Source: a virus
Virus record (IMG/VR): IMGVR_UViG_3300030098_003955
Strand: one strand, 5' to 3'
Length of the DNA stretch: 64,000 bases
Shown here: piece after piece, positions 47,165 to 57,803 of the stretch
Layout: every line of letters begins with the position of its first letter
Numbering within the stretch: the first letter of the stretch is position 1
Program-made: the position numbers and the translations under genes
Notes under the pieces: generated by a model
Told to the model about the DNA's origin: nothing
What the model saw: the letters and a program-made list of their open reading frames with translations, nothing else
The model's database searches: none

Positions 47165-47582
47165 AGGCTTTGATGGTAGGGACAGGAACTGGAGGCTTGA
47201 TAAGTACAAGGTCTACGGCGACGATAGTAAGAGAAGATCTTCTTATCATATAAGGGCAAGAGGTATCTTGTGCTCACTGTTACCTCACGATAGAATACTT
47301 GAGGAAGTTAAACTTCCCGGATCTAACAAACTATCGAGAGGCCTGCTAATAGCCGATTTTTACGTGCCAAGCAGGATGCTGATGGTTGAGGTTCATGGTA
47401 GGCAGCACTATGAATATGTATCTCATTTTCATGGTAATAGGTTTGAGTTTCTCAGGGCAAAGGCGAGAGACAGAGACAAAGTAAAATGGTGCGAACTGAA
47501 CGAGATAAATATTGTGGAGTTGAAATACGATGAATCAGACCAACAATGGGAAGACAGAATTAGATCAGTATTACAACTATGA
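47154..47582 (+). CDS. PD-(D/E)XK endonuclease (Vsr/DUF559-like)
   Basis: ADFY....VEVHG.QH...RD..K..WC. Confidence 0.7.
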   Translation: MKVRGFDGRDRNWRLDKYKVYGDDSKRRSSYHIRARGILCSLLPHDRILEEVKLPGSNKLSRGLLIADFYVPSRMLMVEVHGRQHYEYVSHFHGNRFEFLRAKARDRDKVKWCELNEINIVELKYDESDQQWEDRIRSVLQL

Positions 47583-48027
47583 ACCAATTGAAGAATTAAT
47601 TACCAAGCTGGACAATTACCTTTTGTCAGAAGGTGTTGTGGTTAATGAAAAGAATGAAGAGGCTGAGGAGACGCTAAAGCTCGGATATGAAAAAATATTA
47701 CTACTCTCTCCAAAAGAATGTTTGGCTAAAGCGTATGTACTGTTTTCCTACTGCAACCACCTCCAGCTCATTTACAACAAACATAAAATCAGGCTCGACT
47801 GGTGTGACGACGTTCTCAATAGAACTGTCAGCAGACAGGCAGACCAGTTCGACAAGTATACAAAATGGGAACAAAAGTATCACTTAGTTATAGCTCAGGA
47901 CGCTTTTGCCGAGAAGGTTTGGAACGTCAGGAGATTAGCAAACTCAAGGGTTGTCTGGTTCGACAACCTAATAAGAGATACAAGAAGAATGGCAGATACC
48001 CTTTTAGAACTAGGTAAAAAATTATGA
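47530..48027 (+). CDS. helical hypothetical protein (UvsY-like position)
   Basis: ORF track; context only. Confidence 0.5.
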   Translation: MNQTNNGKTELDQYYNYEPIEELITKLDNYLLSEGVVVNEKNEEAEETLKLGYEKILLLSPKECLAKAYVLFSYCNHLQLIYNKHKIRLDWCDDVLNRTVSRQADQFDKYTKWEQKYHLVIAQDAFAEKVWNVRRLANSRVVWFDNLIRDTRRMADTLLELGKKL

Positions 48028-48518
48028 ATTTGATACAAGGCCTATCGCTGATTAAGGAAGGAATACTTTCAGATGATATTGAAAAAATTAAAGCAGGTTA
48101 TGAACTACTTTCGGGAGAAAGGTTGCCAGAAGAAGTGCGAGAAGATGGGCCAGCAGATGTCGAAGATGACACCTCCGCTGCCTCCAGTCCCGCCACTACC
48201 ACCGCTGCCGAAAAAGAAGTGTTGCGGAGGCAGGTGCAAGATGAAGACTTCTCAACAAACCACAACAAAAACAAATCAGTAGGTGGAAAGTACGGAAGAA
48301 GAGAATCAATTCAGGTTAGAGAGAACCAGTTTGTTGACGATGGAACAGAGGCTAAAGACAAGGCGAATATAACTCCCGATGTCGATCCCGTTCCTAGAAA
48401 TAGAAAGCCAGCTAAGTTTATTAACTTGGAGTGTCATGCTTGCGGTAAGTCTTTTGAGGTAAGCGCAAGTATAGCAAGAGCTGGGGAGTATTATAGATGT
48501 GATAGGTGTGTAGGTTAA
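48024..48518 (+). CDS. hypothetical protein with C-terminal Zn ribbon
   Basis: CHACG...CDRC. Confidence 0.6.
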   Translation: MNLIQGLSLIKEGILSDDIEKIKAGYELLSGERLPEEVREDGPADVEDDTSAASSPATTTAAEKEVLRRQVQDEDFSTNHNKNKSVGGKYGRRESIQVRENQFVDDGTEAKDKANITPDVDPVPRNRKPAKFINLECHACGKSFEVSASIARAGEYYRCDRCVG

Positions 48519-48521
48519 TTC

Positions 48522-50009
48522 ATGGAAGAACAACAAAATTTAGCTTCAGAGAGAGCCGTACTTGCTGGCTTAATGCAGTACGGGGCAGATGCTTTTGACG
48601 AGATCGAAGAGATAGTCGGAAACGACTCATTTACACTTGAAGAAAATCAAGTAGTGTTTGCTTGTATTAAGAGATGCTTAAAGAACGATCAAGAGGTTGA
48701 TATAACTTCAATCTTGAGCGCTGGCGAAAGTCTTGGTTACTCAGAGTACCTGACTAGAAAAATACCAGAGAATCACTACAGGTCTCTCGCAAACTTGGAC
48801 ATTAGTATTAAGGCAACACAAGACCACGCCCTACTTCTGAGGAAGCTCTGCATCAGACGACGAGCTGTTAGGGATTTACTAAGAACGGTTGAGAGGCTAC
48901 AAAACTTAGATGACTCAACTTCAATAGACAACGTAATCTCGACCGCTGAAGAACCAATATTCACATTGTCGGACTCTTTGAATCAGGAGATGGACAACAA
49001 GCCAGTGCTTTTAGGAGAGGGCGTAAGAGAACACATGAAGAATGTATTCGACAATCCATGTAAACAAATCGGCATCAGTAGTGGCTTTCCAAGATACGAC
49101 AAAGCAATCGGCGGAGGCTTCAGAAGAAAATGCGTAGATGTCATAGGCGCTAGGCCAAAGACTGGTAAAAGCATGTTTGCAGACGCTGTAGCAATACACG
49201 CAGCCGTCGAACTAGACATCCCAGTCCTAATACTCGACACAGAAATGTCTGAACAAGACCACTGGCACAGGATACTTGCTAGATTTAGTGGCTATGACAT
49301 AAACGACATCGCTACTGGCAATGCCGCCGAACAAGCTGGCGGCAGAGAAAGTGTACTCAAGGCAATAGATAAATTTGAGAAATCCAAAATACACTACAAA
49401 AGTGTGGCTGGCAGACCCTTCGATGAGACCCTTTCTATTATAAGAAGATGGGTCAAGAAAGAAGTTGGTTCTGATGAAAATGGAAATACTAATGACTGTC
49501 TTGTAATTTACGACTACTTGAAGATAATGAGTGCTTCTGAAACTGCTGATAGGCAGGAGTATGAGGTACTTGGCCAGCAGATGATTGACTTGCACAATCT
49601 AGCAAAGAATAATGACTTTGCTTGTCTTACGTTTGTTCAACTGAATAGAGATGGGATAAGCAGGGAATCTACGGATGCTGTAGCTGGCTCCGATAGAATT
49701 ATTTGGAACTGTACTAGCTTCTCAATATTCAAGCTGAAATCTGATGAAGAGATAGCTGAAGACAAAGGTGAAAGCGGTAATCGGAAATTAATTCCAATTG
49801 TTGTTAGGCACGGAGCAGGACTCGAAAACATAGGTGATTATATTAACCTAAAGATGAAGGGTTCTACTGCCGAAATTGAAGAAACAGGCACCAAGGTCGA
49901 GCTCCAAGAGCTTGGTAGGTTTAAGAAAGAGGGTTTTGACAATGAGGTTCCAGACAAACAAGAGTTTAGACTCGATGAATCAGAAGCAGAAGAAGACCCG
50001 TTCGCCTAA
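48522..50009 (+). CDS. dnaB: replicative DNA helicase
   Basis: SERAVL, GARPKTGKS, TEM, YDYL, QLNR, RHG. Confidence 0.92.
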   Translation: MEEQQNLASERAVLAGLMQYGADAFDEIEEIVGNDSFTLEENQVVFACIKRCLKNDQEVDITSILSAGESLGYSEYLTRKIPENHYRSLANLDISIKATQDHALLLRKLCIRRRAVRDLLRTVERLQNLDDSTSIDNVISTAEEPIFTLSDSLNQEMDNKPVLLGEGVREHMKNVFDNPCKQIGISSGFPRYDKAIGGGFRRKCVDVIGARPKTGKSMFADAVAIHAAVELDIPVLILDTEMSEQDHWHRILARFSGYDINDIATGNAAEQAGGRESVLKAIDKFEKSKIHYKSVAGRPFDETLSIIRRWVKKEVGSDENGNTNDCLVIYDYLKIMSASETADRQEYEVLGQQMIDLHNLAKNNDFACLTFVQLNRDGISRESTDAVAGSDRIIWNCTSFSIFKLKSDEEIAEDKGESGNRKLIPIVVRHGAGLENIGDYINLKMKGSTAEIEETGTKVELQELGRFKKEGFDNEVPDKQEFRLDESEAEEDPFA

Positions 50010-51054
50010 TTTTCTCAGTCAAGAAGAGCTCGCAGAACTTTGCATCTTAATTGCTGGCAAGATGAGGGAGTTGCTAGACCACTTTGAGCTTGAGTACGAA
50101 GACTTGGGCGACATGATAAGAATGGTATGTCCAATCCATGAAGGCGCTGATAACCCTCATGGATGCACCATCCGCTTGAATCCTGAGAAGGAATTCTATG
50201 GCTGTTGGAAATGCTGGACTAACCAATGCGAGAAAGAGTTCTTTACGACACCAATTGGATTTATTAGAGCTTTATTGTCACGAGACAGAGAAGAGAACGC
50301 AACATTTAAAGAGGCGGTTACCTTCGCTCTTAAGTTCACAAATCCAAAGTCCTTGGATAATGATTTTGACTTTGTTGAAAGAAACTTCCAAAGGATAATA
50401 AACGCAGTAAATAGTAAACCTGAGAAGAAGACCTCTGGCATAAGCAGGCAGGACGTTAGGAAAGCATTAGTGATGCCTCCTCAGTACTACATAAAAAGAG
50501 GTTACTCAAAAGAAGTATTAGACAAGTTTGATATAGGGCTGTCTATTAAAGAAGGCTCCCCAATGAAAAACAGAGTCGTCGTACCTGTGTACGATGATGA
50601 CCATGAGTTTGTGGTAGCCCACCTTGGAAGACAAACCACAGAACAAGACAATGGGTACAAGTGGATAAACTCCAAAAACTTTAAGAAGTCAAACTACCTA
50701 TATGGATATTGGTTTGCAAAAGACAAGATCAGAGAGCTGCGCAGTGTCATACTTGTCGAAGGTCAGGGTGATGTATGGAGACTCCATGAGTCAGGAATAG
50801 AGAATGTAGTCGGAATGTTTGGAGCTAGTCTGAGCGATGCTCAATCTAGAATTATCGAGACATCTGGAGCATTTAATGTTATCATACTAACAGACAACGA
50901 CAATGCTGGAGAAAAGGCTAAGCAGACAATCAGAGAGAGGTTGGGTAGAATCTGCAAAATAATCGAGCCGCAGATACCAGCAAAAGACGTAGGCGAAATG
51001 ACCGTCGAAGAGATAAAACAAATGATCGTGCCCCAAATACAGAAGTGGATCTAA
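49975..51054 (+). CDS. dnaG: DNA primase (CHC2 Zn finger + TOPRIM)
   Basis: CPIH...CW..C, VEGQGDV, DNDNAG, KDVGE. Confidence 0.9.
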   Translation: MNQKQKKTRSPNFLSQEELAELCILIAGKMRELLDHFELEYEDLGDMIRMVCPIHEGADNPHGCTIRLNPEKEFYGCWKCWTNQCEKEFFTTPIGFIRALLSRDREENATFKEAVTFALKFTNPKSLDNDFDFVERNFQRIINAVNSKPEKKTSGISRQDVRKALVMPPQYYIKRGYSKEVLDKFDIGLSIKEGSPMKNRVVVPVYDDDHEFVVAHLGRQTTEQDNGYKWINSKNFKKSNYLYGYWFAKDKIRELRSVILVEGQGDVWRLHESGIENVVGMFGASLSDAQSRIIETSGAFNVIILTDNDNAGEKAKQTIRERLGRICKIIEPQIPAKDVGEMTVEEIKQMIVPQIQKWI

Positions 51055-51055
51055 C

Positions 51056-51841
51056 ATGAAGATAATAGGAATATCTGGAGCAAAGCAGGCTGGCAAAAAT
51101 ACATGTGCCAACTTTCTACATGGTTATCAACTGAGATATTACGAAGTTATTAGTAAATTCATGATGAACGAGTCTGGAGATTTACTAGTGAATACCACAA
51201 CCCTAGACGAGAATGGTCAGGAAAAGGAAGGGGTTGGCAAGCTTGAAATTGAAAGAATGGATGAAGAGTTCGCCGCCTTTGCGTCTCGATCTATATGGCC
51301 TTTTGTTAGGCTCTTCAGTTTCGCTGATGCTCTTAAATTTTTAGCCGTAGAAATATTTGGATTAGAACCAGAGCAATGCTATGGCACCAACGAAGAAAAG
51401 GACACGCCGACTAAACTGCTTTGGGAGAACATGCCCGGCTATACAGGCTCTGCAACTGGCCCAATGACAGGTAGGGAGTTCTTGCAATACTTTGGAACCG
51501 ATATATGCAGAAAAATGTATGACAACATTTGGATTGATAGCTGCATCAAAAGAATAGCCTCATCAAACACAGAGCTTGCAATCATAGCCGATGTTAGATT
51601 TCCTAACGAAGTCAAGGCCATACAAGAGGCAGGCGGAAAAGTCATCAGACTTACGAGACGGGCATTCTCTGAAGATCAACACTCTAGTGAAAGCGCTCTT
51701 TCAGATTATGAAGGTTTCGACGCTGTAATTGACAACTCAGAATCAACTATTGACGAAACAAATAGAGCCATACTCAAACAGCTACTTGATTGGGGATGGT
51801 TGCAATCAAAGACATCAGACTTCAGGATCAAAAATGACTAA
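51056..51841 (+). CDS. deoxynucleoside monophosphate kinase
   Basis: GISGAKQAGK, FADALK, REFLQYFGT, DVRFPNE, HSSE. Confidence 0.85.
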   Translation: MKIIGISGAKQAGKNTCANFLHGYQLRYYEVISKFMMNESGDLLVNTTTLDENGQEKEGVGKLEIERMDEEFAAFASRSIWPFVRLFSFADALKFLAVEIFGLEPEQCYGTNEEKDTPTKLLWENMPGYTGSATGPMTGREFLQYFGTDICRKMYDNIWIDSCIKRIASSNTELAIIADVRFPNEVKAIQEAGGKVIRLTRRAFSEDQHSSESALSDYEGFDAVIDNSESTIDETNRAILKQLLDWGWLQSKTSDFRIKND

Positions 51842-52421
51842 TATCTTAGAGATACCGTTTGACCAACAGATGGTACGGAGAGCTTACGAGAAGTCTCTCG
51901 CCTTGGGATCAATCAACAACTCCATACTTAATGGCAAAGGAAACACGGCTGGATACCTTGGCGAAGAGGCTGTAGCTGCCTACATACAGGCGGTCATCAT
52001 GAGTAGCGACGAGGGCAGCGACAAGTACAACCATGACTTGATTGTTGACAATCACAAGTACAAAAAAATAGAAGTCAAAACAAAACGCAGAAAATATGAC
52101 CCAAGGCCGGACTGGCAAGTGTCAATTGCCAAGACCAGCAAGCACCAAAATCCTGACCTTTACATCTTTACAAGCATTACCTTTGGAAGGCATATAGGAG
52201 AAGGAAGAGACAGAATTTATTACGAACCTAAATCCATATGGATCACTGGACAAATGCAACCAAAAGAATATTTTGCTAAAGCTCGTCTGTGTCAAAAAGG
52301 CAAACCAGACCCTGACAGGCGAGGCAGGACTAATGACTTTGAGACCCATGTGGAAATGTACAATATGAACATAGAAGATTTGGAACCACTAGATGTTAGT
52401 TTGTTACCACAGAAGCAGTAG
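51834..52421 (+). CDS. putative PD-(D/E)XK nuclease
   Basis: G.LGE, D...IEVKT. Confidence 0.55.
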   Translation: MTNILEIPFDQQMVRRAYEKSLALGSINNSILNGKGNTAGYLGEEAVAAYIQAVIMSSDEGSDKYNHDLIVDNHKYKKIEVKTKRRKYDPRPDWQVSIAKTSKHQNPDLYIFTSITFGRHIGEGRDRIYYEPKSIWITGQMQPKEYFAKARLCQKGKPDPDRRGRTNDFETHVEMYNMNIEDLEPLDVSLLPQKQ

Positions 52422-53418
52422 CTTAGGCACGCTGGAATTTTGCCAGCAGAAATACTTTCTTCAATACAACCTGTCCTTCAAGGACAAGACAAATAAGAAG
52501 GCCTTGATGGGTACTATCACTCACAAGGTAATGCAAACTCTGGGCGATAAGAAGGTCGCCATGAACAAAGGTCTTGACATCGTTGATGACGACGAGACCG
52601 GAAGGCAGTTGACGCTGGCAGAGTGCGATGACATAAAGCTTTTGAATGACATTGCGTTTGACTACTACACTAGTGCGTTCCCCGAAGTGAATATTACCGA
52701 AGCTGATAGGAGGACTTGCTTAAGATGGGCGGAGAAAGCTCTTGCGTACAATCACGGAGACCTAGACCCAAGAAATCAAGACGTATATGCAACCGAGCTT
52801 TTCTTTGACATTGAGATCAAGAAACCTTGGGCAAAATACAAATATGAAGTTGGTGATGAAGTCCTTGAGGGTTATCTTTCAATAAAAGGGACTGTTGACC
52901 TCATCGTTACTAGGGGTGAAAACTACTTTGAAATTCTAGATTACAAGACGGGCAAGAGACTTAATTGGGCAACTGGAGAAGAAAAAACTATCGAGTGCCT
53001 TGAAAAAGATACTCAACTTCTCTTATACTATTACGCACTCAGAAGTATGTATCCTGACTATGAGTTTTTTGTCAGCATCTACTACATAAATGACGGAGGC
53101 TTATTCTCCATGTGTTTTGACGATGACGATTTTCAAAAGGCAGAAGACATACTGAGGAAAAAGTTTGAGCAGATAAAGTCTTGTCAGTATCCAAGACTTT
53201 TGTCAAACCAGAACTCGCACTGGAAGTGCCAGAAGCTTTGTAAGTTTAGCGAACCTTCTGAGCAAGATCCAAACAGAAGTGTGTGTCAGTTCATTAGAGA
53301 TGAGATTAGAACCAAAGGCATTACGGAAGTAGTGCAGGAATATGGAAATGTTTCCAAAATTGCCAAATACGGCGACGGCGGAGGCAGACTTGCAGAGGAC
53401 GAAGAAGACAAGAAATGA
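52393..53418 (+). CDS. RecB/Cas4-like PD-(D/E)XK exonuclease
   Basis: GT..H, G.VDL, DYKTG, QL..Y, C..C..C. Confidence 0.8.
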   Translation: MLVCYHRSSSLGTLEFCQQKYFLQYNLSFKDKTNKKALMGTITHKVMQTLGDKKVAMNKGLDIVDDDETGRQLTLAECDDIKLLNDIAFDYYTSAFPEVNITEADRRTCLRWAEKALAYNHGDLDPRNQDVYATELFFDIEIKKPWAKYKYEVGDEVLEGYLSIKGTVDLIVTRGENYFEILDYKTGKRLNWATGEEKTIECLEKDTQLLLYYYALRSMYPDYEFFVSIYYINDGGLFSMCFDDDDFQKAEDILRKKFEQIKSCQYPRLLSNQNSHWKCQKLCKFSEPSEQDPNRSVCQFIRDEIRTKGITEVVQEYGNVSKIAKYGDGGGRLAEDEEDKK

Positions 53419-55316
53419 GTTGGACTCCACTCCATTTACACACGCACTATAGTTTACTAGATGGACTCAGCAAGCCAGAACAAGTGGCTGATAGATGTGA
53501 GAAGTTGGGTTACACATCTTGCGCTATTACAGATCATGGAAACATATCTGGAGCTGTGGCTTTTGTTCAGGCGATGAAAAAGAAAAACATCAAGCCAATA
53601 TTAGGTTGTGAGTTTTATCTTTGTAAACAGTCCCCTTCAGTGCAGACTGCTGAAAATAGAGACCTAAGCCATTTGTGTGTTATTTCTAAAAACAAAACCG
53701 GATGGGACAACCTAGTTAAAGCAGTCTCTCGCAGCAATGACGAAGATTGTTTCTACTACAAGCCAAGGCTTGATTTAGACACACTTGCTAATTATTCGGA
53801 AGGACTGATTGCATTCAGCGGACATCCCAATAGCGATATAGCTAATGCGATGTTCTCTGATCCAAAAGCTGCTTACTCAGCAGAAACAGAAGAGGCTGTT
53901 AAGTCTTATATTGCTGATGACTGGAATGAAAAAGTGATGGAGAAAGTGCGTCAGTACCAATCCATCTTTGGTGAAGAAAACTTCTTCATTGAAATACAAG
54001 CAATCGACCAAGAAAACTCTGCGGCGGTCAGGATGATTGTCAAAGGTTTAAGGTGGTTGTGCAAAAAATACAAACTACATTCGATAGCAACAGCAGACTC
54101 TCACTACCCAGAGAAGCAAGACTCTATTGACCATACGCTATTGCTATGCTCTTTGATGAACACCACGATGAAGAAGTTGAAGAAGAAGATAGAGGAAAAC
54201 CAAGATGTGTCTTTTGGATGTTTTCTAAGATCGAACAACTTTCACATACCGTCACTAGAAGAAATCAAAGAAGTAAATCTAGAGCATGAAATACAAAACG
54301 CCAAGCTCATAGCTGACATGTGTGAAGAATACGACATACTCGATCAGCCAAAACTTCCTAAGTTTGAATGTCCTGACGGACTTTCTGAAATTGAATACCT
54401 AAGACAACTGTGTCGTGAAGGATGGGCAAACATACTGATAAAGCAAGGCAAGGTAGGTACGGAAGAAGCTATAGAAGAGTATAGGGCTAGGATTGAAAAA
54501 GAACTAAAGGTCATTAATGATGCAGATCTGGCTGGATACTTTTTGATAGTCAGGGATATTGTCAATTATGTTAACAACCTCGGCTTGCTTGCTGGGCCGG
54601 GCAGAGGATCTGCGGCTGGATGCTTAGTCTCGTACCTAGTTGGTATAACTTTAGTCGACCCGATCGAGCATGGGCTCATCTTCGAGAGGTTCTATAACTC
54701 TGGTAGAAACACAGCAGATCACGTATCCTTGCCAGATATAGATATTGATGTCCCTGCACTTAGTAGAGATGATGTTATTGATTATATTAAATCGAAGTAC
54801 GGCAAAGACAACGTTAGCCAGATGATCACATATATATGCCTTCAAGGAAGAAGTGCGCTTAGCGAAGTTCTACGCCTGCATGAGGCGTGCTCTTACGACG
54901 AGATAAAGAAGATAACAAGTTGTCTTCCACAGGAAAGCCAAATATCAGACCAGCTTGCTGAGATGGATAATCCGTCGCTAATCACTTGGGCGCTGATGAA
55001 TCAGCCTGACGAACTGTATGACTATTGCAGGATAGACGAGGACGGGAACTTGTCTGGAGATCACTCTAAGTTTTTTGAGCAGGCGATAAGAATTGAGGGA
55101 ACGTTCAAGTCTCAAGGGAAGCACGCAGCTGGAGTCGTGATATCCTCCCAAAATTTGAACCACGTTTGCCCAATGCTGTCTGACAAGAAATCTTCCGAGA
55201 AGATAGCTGGAATGGAAATGAATGACTTAGAAGCTATGGGGCATGTTAAATTCGACATACTAGGAATATCGCTATTAGATAAGGTTATGGGCGTGACTCA
55301 TGAACAAAACTCATAA
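53415..55316 (+). CDS. dnaE: DNA polymerase III alpha, N-terminal part (PHP + palm)
   Basis: LHLHTHYSLLDG, TDHG, GRGSAAG, PDIDID, HAAG, KFDILG. Confidence 0.92.
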   Translation: MSWTPLHLHTHYSLLDGLSKPEQVADRCEKLGYTSCAITDHGNISGAVAFVQAMKKKNIKPILGCEFYLCKQSPSVQTAENRDLSHLCVISKNKTGWDNLVKAVSRSNDEDCFYYKPRLDLDTLANYSEGLIAFSGHPNSDIANAMFSDPKAAYSAETEEAVKSYIADDWNEKVMEKVRQYQSIFGEENFFIEIQAIDQENSAAVRMIVKGLRWLCKKYKLHSIATADSHYPEKQDSIDHTLLLCSLMNTTMKKLKKKIEENQDVSFGCFLRSNNFHIPSLEEIKEVNLEHEIQNAKLIADMCEEYDILDQPKLPKFECPDGLSEIEYLRQLCREGWANILIKQGKVGTEEAIEEYRARIEKELKVINDADLAGYFLIVRDIVNYVNNLGLLAGPGRGSAAGCLVSYLVGITLVDPIEHGLIFERFYNSGRNTADHVSLPDIDIDVPALSRDDVIDYIKSKYGKDNVSQMITYICLQGRSALSEVLRLHEACSYDEIKKITSCLPQESQISDQLAEMDNPSLITWALMNQPDELYDYCRIDEDGNLSGDHSKFFEQAIRIEGTFKSQGKHAAGVVISSQNLNHVCPMLSDKKSSEKIAGMEMNDLEAMGHVKFDILGISLLDKVMGVTHEQNS

Positions 55317-55545
55317 AGAAAAAATCATAGAGAGGCTTGAAACTAGAGGCTTTTCAGAGTACAAAAGAAAGTTGTCCCTGTGTGACTTGAGTAAATGCAA
55401 CATTCAAGGGATGGTTAATCGCACTGGCTTTCAAGTGTGGTATGAAAACGGCGCAAAAATAGAAACAAACATTTTTTATAATTTGGAAGAAGCGCTAGAT
55501 GCCTTCTTCAAAACCAAGAAGAAAGTTGACAGATCGTATGAATAG
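55300..55545 (+). CDS. hypothetical protein
   Basis: ORF between the dnaE halves. Confidence 0.5.
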   Translation: MNKTHKEKIIERLETRGFSEYKRKLSLCDLSKCNIQGMVNRTGFQVWYENGAKIETNIFYNLEEALDAFFKTKKKVDRSYE

Positions 55546-56221
55546 AAAAGACATAATTGTTTTTGACTTTGAAACAGGGTCAAGAGACCCACATAAAACG
55601 CAAGCTATTCAGATTGCGGCAGTGGCGATTCACGGCAGGAACTTGACCGTACAGCCTGACGGTTATTTTGAGAGCCTGATTAGGCCAGAATTAGATGACG
55701 ATAAGGCAATTGAGATGGGTGTAGACCCAATAGAAGATGGAGCCTTAGCCGTCAATAAAAAGACCAGAGAGGAGCTAAAAGACGCTCCCTTGCCAAAGGT
55801 TGTATGGGAGAAGTTTACTGAGTTCGTAAACAGATACAACTGGAAAGGCACACCGTACTATGCGCCTATCGCTGCGGGCTACAACATCAACGGGTTTGAT
55901 ATGCCGATTGTTGAAAGACTATGCCAACAATACGGGCCTATAAACAAGAAAACTGGCAAGCAATGCTTATTTGACAAGATTCATAGGTTAGACCTCATGG
56001 ATACTGTTTGGATGTGGATGGAAAATAATCCCGATGTCAATAGGATCGGTATGGACTCTATGCGAGAACTCATGGGTATGGACACAACCAATGCTCATGA
56101 CGCATTGCAGGATGTCAAAGACACCGCTAATATGATGATTGGATTTATGAAGTTGCACAGACGCTTCGCTCCTCAGATCCGTTTTGAAAAGGCATTTGCT
56201 GATGGAAAAACACACCTCTAA
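55538..56221 (+). CDS. DEDDh 3'-5' exonuclease (DnaQ-like)
   Basis: FDFETG, GYN..GFD, AHDALQD. Confidence 0.85.
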   Translation: MNRKDIIVFDFETGSRDPHKTQAIQIAAVAIHGRNLTVQPDGYFESLIRPELDDDKAIEMGVDPIEDGALAVNKKTREELKDAPLPKVVWEKFTEFVNRYNWKGTPYYAPIAAGYNINGFDMPIVERLCQQYGPINKKTGKQCLFDKIHRLDLMDTVWMWMENNPDVNRIGMDSMRELMGMDTTNAHDALQDVKDTANMMIGFMKLHRRFAPQIRFEKAFADGKTHL

Positions 56222-57803
56222 TAACTCAAATATCGACATAAGAAACGTAGGTTTCAATGACAAAGATACTTGGGACTTGATTTGCTCTGGGCAAACCAAA
56301 GGTGTGTTTCAGCTTGAAAGCAGTCTTGGTAGATCTTGGGCAAAAAAAGTAAAACCAAGAAATCTAGAAGAGCTATCTGCACTTCTTTCGATCATTAGGC
56401 CGGGAACTCTTAAGGCGATTGTCGATGGTAAGTCGATGACGCAGCACTATGTCGATAGAAAAGACGGCGATGAAGAGATAGAGTACCTCCATGAATCACT
56501 AGAGCCAATCTTGAAGTCGACTCAGGGCGTGCTTGTATATCAAGAGCAATCAATGCAGATAGCCCAAAAACTAGCTGGCTTCTCTCTTGAGGAAGCGGAC
56601 AACTTGAGAAAGGCGATCGGCAAGAAAAAGGCATCTCTCATGGCGGAAGTTAAAAAAGACTTCATCAAGGGAGCCAAGAAGGTAGGTATCATAAAAAAGG
56701 ATGTGGCTGAGGAGATATTTAGCTGGATCGAAAAGTCTAGCCGTTATGCCTTCAACAAGTCTCATGCTGTTAGTTATGCAATATGCGGTTACTGGAGTGC
56801 GTATTGCAAGGCTCATTTTCCTAAAAAATTCTACGCAAGCTGGCTGTCTCACGCTCATGCCAAGCCAAACCCTCAAGAAGAGGTTAGAGAGCTTATAAGT
56901 GACGCTAGACTCTCTGACATATATGTATTTCCGCCGTCCTTGAACTTTATCAAGCCTCACACCAGCCTTTGCGACGATAAGATCAGGTTTGGATTCTTGG
57001 ACGTTAAGTCTGTCGGCAAAAGTCATCTAGATAAAATACGCGATGTAGTCGATTTTTCTAACAGCTACACCAATAAAAACGTAGAAGAACTAAATTGGTT
57101 TCAAGCCTTGTGTTTGGTACTAGGAAGGCTTCCACAAAGGCCTGTCACTGCAATGATACATGCGGGAGTCTTTATGTTCACAGGCATAGCAAGAAACAAA
57201 ATGCTTGCAGACCTGTCTGTTTTTAATGCGCTGACCAATAAAGAGAAAGAGTGGGCGCAAGAGAGGTGGGAACAACATGAAAGCCTAGAATCTTTACTAG
57301 AAGCCTTATGGCCTACCAAGAAGCAAGGCGGTGGCACGTCTACTAAGAAGAGATCTGAGTTTGTGAAGAGCCAGTTAGACTCAATCAAGAACCCAATGAT
57401 GAGCATGGAAGACGACCCTATTATGATAATACGTCATGAAGAGGAGTATCTTGGTACGTCTATAAGCTATTCAAAGGTTCGTTCCTCAGAAAACTACTCA
57501 ATCGCCAACACCTCTTGCAAGGACATAGTAAATGGCAAAAAGGGCAATGTGACCCTAGCCGTTAACCTTTCTGAGATCAGAAAGTACACATCAAAGAAGG
57601 GAAAGAACGTAGGAAGGGACATGGCTTTCCTAAAAGTCGAGGATTCTTCTGGCACTATTGATAATGTTGTTGTTTTTCATGACGCTTATGAGGAACATAA
57701 ACATATAATGTATGAAGGCAACAACCTCTTGCTAGTTGGCAAAGTTGATACAAACAACAAACAAGACTCGGTAGTCGTTGACAGCGTGAAGGAGCTAGAT
57801 TAG
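56202..57803 (+). CDS. dnaE: DNA polymerase III alpha, C-terminal part (fingers, HhH, OB)
   Basis: GVFQLES, RPG, YQEQ.M, LRKAIGKK, YAFNKSH..Y, MAFL..ED. Confidence 0.92.
   Translation: MEKHTSNNSNIDIRNVGFNDKDTWDLICSGQTKGVFQLESSLGRSWAKKVKPRNLEELSALLSIIRPGTLKAIVDGKSMTQHYVDRKDGDEEIEYLHESLEPILKSTQGVLVYQEQSMQIAQKLAGFSLEEADNLRKAIGKKKASLMAEVKKDFIKGAKKVGIIKKDVAEEIFSWIEKSSRYAFNKSHAVSYAICGYWSAYCKAHFPKKFYASWLSHAHAKPNPQEEVRELISDARLSDIYVFPPSLNFIKPHTSLCDDKIRFGFLDVKSVGKSHLDKIRDVVDFSNSYTNKNVEELNWFQALCLVLGRLPQRPVTAMIHAGVFMFTGIARNKMLADLSVFNALTNKEKEWAQERWEQHESLESLLEALWPTKKQGGGTSTKKRSEFVKSQLDSIKNPMMSMEDDPIMIIRHEEEYLGTSISYSKVRSSENYSIANTSCKDIVNGKKGNVTLAVNLSEIRKYTSKKGKNVGRDMAFLKVEDSSGTIDNVVVFHDAYEEHKHIMYEGNNLLLVGKVDTNNKQDSVVVDSVKELD

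Noticed and set aside
52393-53418. Cas4 as an acquisition module for the array
   Set aside because: Sits in the replication operon, where RecB/Cas4-like exonucleases are routine in phages; nothing links it to the array
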